Virus record (IMG/VR): IMGVR_UViG_2061766007_003026
Direction: 5' to 3' (one strand)
DNA length: 45,753 bases
DNA from: an uncultured virus (IMG/VR IMGVR_UViG_2061766007_003026)
Taxonomy: Duplodnaviria > Heunggongvirae > Uroviricota > Caudoviricetes
The notes under the pieces are model-generated. The model was not told where the DNA came from. It did not search any database and worked only from the letters and a program-made list of their open reading frames with translations. The position numbers and the translations under genes are program-made. Shown here one piece after another: positions 16,647-22,814 of this stretch (position 1 is the first letter of the stretch; the number at the start of each line of letters is the position of its first letter).

Positions 16647-16820
16647 TGACACAGGCCCCGTATTTTGATGTTCGCGGGAAGTACCTGAACCTGGATGCAG
16701 AACAAGCGGCCTTGCTTGCGTCAACCCTTCTAATGATATTGGCGCATGCCCCGGTTCTTGATGTTCGAGCAGGAAGTACCTGAACCTGGATACATGTACA
16801 AGCGGCCTTGCTTGCGCCAA
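16647..16820 (-). repeat. Two tandem ~80-nt structured RNA units (family B)
   Basis: Shared core CGCAAGCAAGGCCGCTTGT...ATCCAGGTTCAGGTACTTCC...CGAACATCAA; terminal stems GGCGCA/TGCGCC vs GACGCA/TGTGTC. Confidence 0.65.
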
Positions 16821-16832
16821 AAGTTTCTGTAG

Positions 16833-16908
16833 TGTCCCGGACAGGATTCGAACCTGCGACCTCCACCTTCGGAGGGTGGCACTCTGAATCCGGCTGAGCT
16901 ACCGGGAC
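16833..16908 (-). tRNA. tRNA-Arg(CCG)
   Basis: Loop CT-CCG-AA; trailer CTA. Confidence 0.92.
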
Positions 16909-16920
16909 TTAAAATAAGAT

Positions 16921-17169
16921 GCGTACCCGGGAAGTAAGTCAACCATCAAACGAGGAACTTCGTTTGGGCACGCAAATTCGTGTACGCGGATTGGCACCAA
17001 TCATCAACCCACAACGAAGAATACGTCCGGGTACACAATAAAAACGACACTGGCGGTAAATCGGTGTTGCAGACCAAGCTTCAGATAGGAACCGCCTTGG
17101 TGTCTAAAAAGCGGGCGCGGGGAGTAAGTCACTGATGTTGGAAGTTTCAATAGGAACTCCCTTTGCGCC
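16921..17169 (-). repeat. Three ~55-nt stem-bulge-stem RNA units (family C: 16921-16973, 17046-17104, 17114-17169)
   Basis: Stem-[AC]AA-stem(GT)-TCCT...GA[CT]TT-(AC)stem, stems differ in sequence but pair. Confidence 0.6.
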
Positions 17170-17178
17170 TAAAAGTAT

Positions 17179-17461
17179 GACACAGCCGTCTCCCGCGAGA
17201 ATCACGCCGGGCCTTCCGTGACTTTCGTTAATTCCCCGTCACGGGTCGGCCCACGGGATTTCATGTTCGGCCGTTACCCTAGAGCACATACCGGAAACAG
17301 GGACTGAGTCCACCAGCTTCCGGAGACCACCTTCTCTATGCCGCCAAGTGCGTCCTAACACATGGCATCATTTTTGCTGACCCCCGTAGAGCGTCCGCCG
17401 GAAAATTATCCGGCGGCAGGAACATGCTCTCGGGCGGTTCGCCTCCCCGGGCGACTGTGTC
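17179..17461 (-). ncRNA. ~283-nt structured RNA candidate
   Basis: Closing stem GACACAGTCG/CGGCTGTGTC, multiple internal hairpins, no credible ORF. Confidence 0.5.
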
Positions 17462-17480
17462 TTTAAAGGTTTGCCGTCCC

Positions 17481-17570
17481 AATCTACGGCCGGAATCGAA
17501 CCGGCGTCTCCCGGCCTGGTTAGCCGGGCGCTCTGACGAGGCCTCGTCCACCTTGCTAAGCTACGTGGCC
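17481..17570 (-). pseudogene. tRNA-like element with a hairpin inserted in the D-loop, enlarged anticodon loop and broken acceptor
   Basis: TAGCTTAG...AGAGC, GACGAGGCCTCGTC insert, T-arm GCCGG-TTCGATT-CCGGC. Confidence 0.5.
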
Positions 17571-17694
17571 ATGGGAACGGCGGTCATTTTCTATAGGTAC
17601 CAAACGGTTTTGCTGGTGCGTCGGGGCCCTAATCCGAAAATGACTTAATAGCGCCGCGCCGGGGACGTCTCCCCGGCACTTCCGTCGCAATCAA

Positions 17695-17770
17695 CAGGAC
17701 AGAACCGGACTCGAACCGGTGTCCCGGGTTGTTTCCGCCCGAGCTCTACCTCCTGAGCTTACCCACCCAG
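17695..17770 (-). pseudogene. Degenerate tRNA-like element
   Basis: AGCTCAGGAGGTAGAGC and ACCGG-TTCGAGT-CCGGT intact; G:U-rich acceptor, 9-nt anticodon loop. Confidence 0.45.
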
Positions 17771-17793
17771 TCTTAGCGACGGCAAAATCATAG

Positions 17794-17898
17794 TTGCCAA
17801 ACCAGGACTCGAACCTGGACGCCCTTTCGCGCGAGGACCGGGGACTTGCATTCCCCTGCGTCTAACGGCATCGTCGATGCACTTTCCGCCATTTGGCA
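17794..17898 (-). tRNA. Leu-type tRNA body with GCA (Cys) anticodon and a D-loop hairpin insertion
   Basis: Perfect acceptor TGCCAAA/TTTGGCA, A73, long variable arm, GGGGA-AT-GCA-AG-TCCCC; trailer CTA. Confidence 0.7.
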
Positions 17899-17974
17899 AT
17901 GAACAATAACGCAGGTCCCCAGTGTTCCCAAAGGTGAACGTCGGAACAACCGGGGGCCTGGTTTGAAACTATAG

Positions 17975-18047
17975 TAGCGGGAGTCGGACTCGAACCGACG
18001 ACCTCGAGGTTATGGGCCTCGCGAGCTACCAACTGCTCCATCCCGCG
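17975..18047 (-). tRNA. Initiator tRNA-fMet(CAT)
   Basis: C1:U72 mismatch, CGCGGGATGGAGCAG start; trailer CTA. Confidence 0.9.
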
Positions 18048-18057
18048 ATAAATATCG

Positions 18058-18130
18058 TAGCGATGCCGGGATTCGAACCCGAGTTCCAGGAATGAAAATC
18101 CTGTGTCCTAGGCCTCTAGACGACATCGCC
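18058..18130 (-). tRNA. tRNA-Glu(TTC)
   Basis: Loop TT-TTC-AT. Confidence 0.9.
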
Positions 18131-18446
18131 ATGCGAACGGTGTGAGCGGGACGGGGGACCTCGATACAACCAAAAAGGAGAAGGGTAATGGAACTAACCC
18201 TATACATCCGCCCGTCCCGGCTCACGCCGAACTCATTAGTTAATTTCCCTTGTCTTCCTGAGCAGAAGACACCTCCCGGTTGCGAACCCGGGCGCACTCA
18301 CGTTTATGCTAAAGGTATCTCACTACGCCAAGTGCGTAGCTTCGGGCGGGAAGCCTCCCGCCGGGGTAAGATTTCGTAAAACCTTCAAAATGCGAGTGGA
18401 CTATCGTTGTCCACAACGCGCAGTTTAACCTGAACTGCAAAGGAAA

Positions 18447-18490
18447 CGCATCCGAACTGTCAATCTTCTGGGGAACCTCACGGGCTTCCC
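18447..18490 (-). promoter_or_regulatory. Hairpin + AGATTGACAGTTCGGATGCG element (second copy 21657-21700), boxB/boxA-like
   Basis: 20-nt exact repeat 3' of hairpins of unrelated sequence; this copy lies just downstream of the promoter at 18498. Confidence 0.5.
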
Positions 18491-18629
18491 GGTGTACCAA
18501 ATATAGCAATTTTCTGCGAAAACGTCAACCTGGTGGTTTTTGTTTATATCTTGGTACGATATTCTTGCTAACCAAATATAGCAAAAATCGACCCGAGTGG
18601 AGTCCTTTCTGCTAAACCTGGTCAAATAG

Positions 18630-18703
18630 AGCACTCGGAGGGACTCGAACCCCCGCATGGGGGCTTTGCAGGCCCCCGCCTTAATCCACTTGGCTACGAG
18701 TGC
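18630..18703 (-). tRNA. tRNA-Cys(GCA)
   Basis: U73, loop CT-GCA-AA; trailer CTA. Confidence 0.92.
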
Positions 18704-18709
18704 GTATAG

Positions 18710-18791
18710 TGTCGGGAACAGGACTTGAACCTGCACGAGTTTCCCCACTGGCCTCTCAGACCAGCGCGTCTACCAATTCCACCACCCCGAC
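18710..18791 (-). tRNA. tRNA-Leu(GAG)
   Basis: Long variable arm; trailer CTA. Confidence 0.92.
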
Positions 18792-18801
18792 ATATCCCGG
18801 G

Positions 18802-19239
18802 TCATCCCCGGAAAAGCTGGTACTTTCTGCTGAGTGCATGGCTCACGTCGTCCGGCAGCGGCCTAAACCATATACCCACCCTACAGTAGCCGTTGCCGTT
18901 CTCGTCGGTCGACTCCGGGGTAAGCTCGGTAAGACACGCGTCGTCTATGAAGCCGTAGTCTGCATCCTTGACAAGGCCGAGTTCCTTGGCGACTTCCTCC
19001 ACCTTCATGAGGTGGGTGAGGTTCTTCGCCTCGCACACGGTCTTCACGAACAGCCCGCGGACATACTCGTCCATCGTGGCTGAATCCAGTTCGAACTTGA
19101 CGGAGTATGAGTCGCCTTCCTTCGTCGCACTTCGGGAGATGAGGCGTGTCCAGAAACCTTCGGCGCAATGGGCTACCATCGCCGAAAGCTTACCCTTGGA
19201 CAGGTCCAGGTCCTTGCGAATTATGAAGAGTCTTCTCAT
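18802..19239 (-). CDS. pth2: Peptidyl-tRNA hydrolase, Pth2 family
   Basis: IIRKDLDLSKGKLSAMVAH, KTVC, IDDACLTEL, GIWFRP...YQLF match Pth2 motifs; GGAGGA RBS. Confidence 0.88.
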   Translation of the reverse strand: MRRLFIIRKDLDLSKGKLSAMVAHCAEGFWTRLISRSATKEGDSYSVKFELDSATMDEYVRGLFVKTVCEAKNLTHLMKVEEVAKELGLVKDADYGFIDDACLTELTPESTDENGNGYCRVGIWFRPLPDDVSHALSRKYQLFRG

Positions 19240-19258
19240 ATATCCTCCGATGTCTTAG

Positions 19259-19340
19259 TCCCGCAGGCAGGACTCGAACCTGCACACCTTTCGGCATGCG
19301 CTCCTAAGGCGCACGCGTCTACCAGTTCCGCCACTGCGGG
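19259..19340 (-). tRNA. tRNA-Leu(TAG)
   Basis: Long variable arm, loop CT-TAG-GA; trailer CTA. Confidence 0.92.
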
Positions 19341-19343
19341 ATA

Positions 19344-19414
19344 TTGGCCAACCAGGTCTCGAACCCAGCCCTGGTGACTCAAAATCACCCGTGCTACCGC
19401 TACACCATAAGCCA
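19344..19414 (-). tRNA. tRNA-Gln(TTG)
   Basis: U1:A72, loop TT-TTG-AG. Confidence 0.85.
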
Positions 19415-19418
19415 ATTA

Positions 19419-19492
19419 TGGCGACACCAAGACTCGAACTTGGAACCAACAGATTAGAAATCTGTCGCTCTAATCCATTGAGCTATGCCGTC
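19419..19492 (-). tRNA. tRNA-Arg(TCT)
   Basis: Loop TT-TCT-AA. Confidence 0.88.
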
Positions 19493-19502
19493 AATCGTTT
19501 AG

Positions 19503-19578
19503 TCCCCGGAGAAGGAATCGAACCTTCAGATGTCGGCGATTTTGAGTCGCCCGCCTATGCCAGTTCGGCTACCCGGGG
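19503..19578 (-). tRNA. tRNA with CAA (Leu) anticodon but short variable region
   Basis: GGCGA-CT-CAA-AA-TCGCC; variable region only GACATCT; trailer CTA. Confidence 0.8.
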
Positions 19579-19584
19579 ATGATA

Positions 19585-19656
19585 AGCGAATATCCGACAA
19601 CGATTCGGAAACTACAGCTTGGAGGGCTGTCGTGTTGCCAATTACACCATATTCGC
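19585..19656 (-). tRNA. tRNA-Gly(TCC), C33 and T-loop ATCGTTG
   Basis: GCGAATA/TATTCGC, U73, loop CC-TCC-AA. Confidence 0.8.
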
Positions 19657-19660
19657 ATAG

Positions 19661-19732
19661 TGCGGGTGGGGAATTTCGAAATCCCGACCCACGTATTAAA
19701 AGTACGTTGCTCTTCCTCTGAGCTACACCCGC
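19661..19732 (-). tRNA. tRNA-Lys(TTT)
   Basis: Loop CT-TTT-AA; trailer CTA. Confidence 0.88.
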
Positions 19733-19768
19733 AGAGTGCAGTTGATAAGAGCATGGCAACTGCAACCA

Positions 19769-19801
19769 TCATAATCGGGTGCGTTTAAGAATCTTCTTCA
19801 T
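19769..19801 (-). CDS. 10-aa mini-ORF MKKILKRTRL upstream of tRNA-Lys(TTT)
   Basis: AGGAGGT RBS; counterpart of 7697..7729. Confidence 0.6.
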   Translation of the reverse strand: MKKILKRTRL

Positions 19802-19816
19802 CGTGTGTACCTCCTA

Positions 19817-19900
19817 TCGGCGATATCGGGCTCGAACCGATACGCACGCAAGTGCCCCGGATTTTAAGACCGGGTTGTCTACCTATTCCAGCAATCGCCG
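19817..19900 (-). tRNA. tRNA-Leu(TAA)
   Basis: Long variable arm, loop CT-TAA-AA. Confidence 0.88.
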
Positions 19901-19913
19901 GAGTTTCCGTTAG

Positions 19914-19993
19914 TCTCGACGGCAAGACTCGGACTTGCACGCATATGCACCGGCTCCTGAAGCCGGCGGGTCTACCAGTTCCCCCACGTCGAG
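19914..19993 (-). tRNA. tRNA-Leu(CAG), T-loop TCCGAGT
   Basis: Loop TT-CAG-GA; trailer CTA. Confidence 0.85.
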
Positions 19994-19997
19994 ATAG

Positions 19998-20960
19998 TTA
20001 AATAATTCTATTAGATTTTCGCCGATGCACCACCGACTTCAACTCATCAAAATGTTCAACAGTTTTATATATTTGCTGACGAGTCAAATCAGTGGTAGCG
20101 GCCACTTTAGACACCCATCCGGGTTTAGTCAAATCAACACCACTATTGAGTATTTTATTCTTTCTGTTATTCCACTCGGCTTTGGTTAATTTTCGAACGC
20201 AATCCCAGCCTAAAACGTTTTGTTCAACACCCAGCTGACGTCTCCGTTGCTTAGCTTCTTCAAGGCGTTCTTTATGGGTTTTGTATAGCGGAACAGTTAT
20301 ATCACCGCATCCAGATAAAAATTTGTCCAACATCGCCTCAAATTCTTGCTTATGAGTCAGTATATATCCCCATTTTATCCGTAATACTAGCCAACCGTCG
20401 TTATGTAACAACTTATCCTTCTTCTCATCGCTTTTTTGCTGTTTCTCATATCTATGCAAATCACCATCGAGTTCTATACACAAGCGTTTATCTGGCCACG
20501 AAAAATCTAGGTAATAACCATGAAAGGGCAATTCGGTCTTATAGTCTACATTCTCAGTCCATCCATATTTATTGAATAACAGCCCAATTAGCCACAACTC
20601 TGGGTATGAATGCTTAACGTATTTTCTATTCTGATACGATGGAGCAATCCCTAATTCATGACGTCGTTTCATCCGTTCAGAGCATTTAGCACGAAATTCG
20701 GGTGTTTGTGTAAATCCTCGACTTCCGGGTTTATTCGGCTTTCTATTGGGGTTATGTTTACACCGTAATTCGTGATTTGCAATGCCACTCTTAGTCGTAT
20801 TCCAGGTAGTTCCACAATATTGACACGTCCGGGCAGCAATTACACATGCCACTGTTTTTCCATCAATGTGATGACAATCTAGCTTATGTTGTTGTAATTG
20901 TCGACGAGATTTTAAAATTTCTTGACAATACGGGCATTTCCATTCATAATGTAATCTCAT
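19998..20960 (-). CDS. Free-standing homing endonuclease (zinc fingers plus DUF559/Vsr-like domain); homolog of 8253..9437
   Basis: YLDF...IELDGDLH...D..L...GWLVLRIKW; shared C-terminal W..RKN.IL..GVD..K.GWV.KV domain. Confidence 0.8.
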   Translation of the reverse strand: MRLHYEWKCPYCQEILKSRRQLQQHKLDCHHIDGKTVACVIAARTCQYCGTTWNTTKSGIANHELRCKHNPNRKPNKPGSRGFTQTPEFRAKCSERMKRRHELGIAPSYQNRKYVKHSYPELWLIGLLFNKYGWTENVDYKTELPFHGYYLDFSWPDKRLCIELDGDLHRYEKQQKSDEKKDKLLHNDGWLVLRIKWGYILTHKQEFEAMLDKFLSGCGDITVPLYKTHKERLEEAKQRRRQLGVEQNVLGWDCVRKLTKAEWNNRKNKILNSGVDLTKPGWVSKVAATTDLTRQQIYKTVEHFDELKSVVHRRKSNRII

Positions 20961-20977
20961 AATAAACCCCAATAAAG

Positions 20978-21072
20978 AATGTCCTCAGTATAGCAATATT
21001 GTGGCACTCTGCATATACCGAGGACATTAAACTTTATCAAGATTAAATTGCGAGTGCCACCTAGCAATCTAA
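20978..21072 (-). promoter_or_regulatory. Two-hairpin kissing-loop leader RNA
   Basis: Loop GTGGCACTC pairs with loop GAGTGCCAC (compensatory relative to 8136-8236). Confidence 0.75.
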
Positions 21073-21121
21073 TAGTAGTTTATATAGCCAAATATACATA
21101 ATATTATTTCGAAAGTCAATA

Positions 21122-21196
21122 AGCGAGCACCGGGGTTTGAACCCGGAAAATCTCCACCATGGCAAGGTGGCGTGTTACCAGTTACACCATGCTCGC
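21122..21196 (-). tRNA. tRNA-Gly(GCC)
   Basis: Loop TT-GCC-AT, U73. Confidence 0.88.
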
Positions 21197-21209
21197 ATAA
21201 AAATTTTAG

Positions 21210-21254
21210 TTGCCGGTGATGGATTCGAACCACCGAATAAAGGCTTCAGAGGCC
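21210..21254 (-). tRNA. tRNA-Gln(CTG), 3' part
   Basis: GGC-CT-CTG-AA-GCC, T-arm; trailer CTA. Confidence 0.75.
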
Positions 21255-21300
21255 NNNNNNNNNNGACCAATTGATATAGATGAGAATACGAACAAACTAA

Positions 21301-21372
21301 TGGATACATACCGGGGTCGAACCGGTATCCCCCGGATGCGGACCGAGAATTCTACCATTGAACTAATGACCC
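21301..21372 (-). tRNA. tRNA-Ala(CGC) with bulged acceptor stem
   Basis: G3:U70, A73; GGGTCAT/ATG(T)ATCC; loop TC-CGC-AT. Confidence 0.75.
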
Positions 21373-21379
21373 AAAATAG

Positions 21380-21562
21380 TGGACCGCACCGGCATCGAAC
21401 CGGCCTCGCATGAACCCCAGTCCCGTAATGTCCGTATCCCGTCATGCCGGAACACTGTCGCCGGCAACGGCGACGGTTGGTTCCTAGGAATACGGATAGA
21501 TTACTATCTGTCCAGGCAGTGCCCATCGGGTAGTTGCTACCTACCCTTGCTTCTAGCAGCCC
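21380..21562 (-). ncRNA. 183-nt RNA with an alanyl-tRNA-like acceptor/T-arm domain and a large structured insert
   Basis: GGGCTGC/GCGGTCC with G3:U70 and A73, T-arm GCCGG-TTCGATG-CCGGT; trailer CTA. Confidence 0.75.
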
Positions 21563-21571
21563 ATAATATAC

Positions 21572-21645
21572 TGGACACATATCGGGGTCGAACCGATGAC
21601 CTCCTGAGTGCAAATCAGGCGCTCTACCAACTGAGCTAATGGCCC
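21572..21645 (-). tRNA. tRNA-Ala(TGC) with bulged acceptor stem
   Basis: G3:U70; GGGCCAT/ATG(T)GTCC; loop TT-TGC-AC. Confidence 0.85.
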
Positions 21646-21705
21646 ATAAAACATATCGCATCCGAACTGTCAATCTGCTGCAAGGCTGCTCGAACCTTGC
21701 GTTAA

Positions 21706-21778
21706 TGGAAGCGAAGGAAATCGAATCCTTCTCAACGATGCTGCCAGCATCATTCGCCACCTTGGAACATGCGCCCCC
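21706..21778 (-). tRNA. tRNA-Ala(GGC), atypical D-arm
   Basis: GGGGGCG/CGCTTCC with G3:U70; loop CT-GGC-AG. Confidence 0.75.
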
Positions 21779-21792
21779 GAATGGTTAAACGG

Positions 21793-21826
21793 AAAGGGCG
21801 GTTGCTTGCTGATGCAACCGCCCTTT
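21793..21826. terminator. Intrinsic terminator-like hairpin
   Basis: AAAGGGCGGTTGC...GCAACCGCCCTTTT. Confidence 0.6.
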
Positions 21827-21847
21827 TCGTCTNNNNNNNNNNTTTTA

Positions 21848-21919
21848 AGCGTCTATCCGGGCTCGAACCGGAGACAATGGAATGGAAATCCATTATGTTA
21901 CCAACTACACCATAGACGC
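21848..21919 (-). tRNA. tRNA-Gly(TCC)
   Basis: GCGTCTA/TAGACGC, loop TT-TCC-AT. Confidence 0.88.
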
Positions 21920-21923
21920 GCAT

Positions 21924-22727
21924 TTAGTCATATACATTAACAAGGGACTGGTCAGATGTAAACAATTTTCCCTGTTTACTTATATTGGAGTACACTGGAA
22001 TATATTTAATAAACCGTTTTGTTAATGCAACAACAGAGAGATTCACATCAGTCTCGCGACAGAATTGTGATATAGATGTATAATGACCAGAATGAAATCG
22101 ATTCCAAAGAACATAAGTTGTGTTACGTGTTGCCGCTTCACGCTTCTGGTACATTTCATCCGGAGTACCACATATTTTGCCATGTTTCAATGTTATCGGG
22201 CGCTTTGTGGATATAGACCATATATTTGGCCTTGCTATAGTTCGATTGAACCAATTTCTACCGGGTATCCATCTATCACCAGGATAAGAAAAGAATTGCA
22301 TGGTCTCGCCATTATCTATATTAGTATACCATTTTGAACCATAGAGCGAATTTCCCTTACCGGATTGCCTTTTTGATATCACTTTGCCATTTAGTCGAGC
22401 CAACTCAATTCGTAACTTTTCGTATTCAGTCGCACTCATACATACCTCTGGTATATCCTTTCTGGTACTCATCCGCCACAACGCATATATCATTTTACTG
22501 TAGCCAGCAGACCCAGGTTTATAAATTTTAGTCAACAGATGGTGGCAAATATAGTGTTCTTTTGCCGTTAATAAAACTTTATTCGTGGCATTATCTGAAC
22601 CACCAACCGACTTTGGCAGTATATGATGCATTTCAAAATACATTCCTGATTTATGCATTGCCCTCCTACTTACATAATCCGCTCGGGCAAGTAAGACAAT
22701 GCTCATGTATATCCGGTTATAGTTCAT
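21924..22727 (-). CDS. HNH homing endonuclease
   Basis: EMHHILPKSVGGSDNATNKVLLTAKEHYICHHLL; AT-rich; likely start MNYNRIY. Confidence 0.85.
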   Translation of the reverse strand: MNYNRIYMSIVLLARADYVSRRAMHKSGMYFEMHHILPKSVGGSDNATNKVLLTAKEHYICHHLLTKIYKPGSAGYSKMIYALWRMSTRKDIPEVCMSATEYEKLRIELARLNGKVISKRQSGKGNSLYGSKWYTNIDNGETMQFFSYPGDRWIPGRNWFNRTIARPNIWSISTKRPITLKHGKICGTPDEMYQKREAATRNTTYVLWNRFHSGHYTSISQFCRETDVNLSVVALTKRFIKYIPVYSNISKQGKLFTSDQSLVNVYD

Positions 22728-22750
22728 CCTTATCCAATATAGTATTTTTA

Positions 22751-22804
22751 TGCAAGCTGCGGAGAACGATTCCACATCCGAGGATTAAAAGTCCACTATT
22801 CTAC
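22751..22804 (-). tRNA. tRNA-Lys(TTT), 3' part; allele of 7760..7831
   Basis: Identical to 7778-7831 except one acceptor-stem base. Confidence 0.8.
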
Positions 22805-22814
22805 NNNNNNNNNN

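Noticed and set aside
16647..17169. CRISPR-like array
   Set aside because: Units are 55-80 nt, only 2-3 copies each, without constant repeat/unique spacer periodicity; no cas operon in the window.
13084..21760. Many 60-180 aa ORFs from the six-frame track across the RNA cluster
   Set aside because: They overlap tRNA/tmRNA/ncRNA genes or are antisense shadows, and lack an RBS and protein-like composition.
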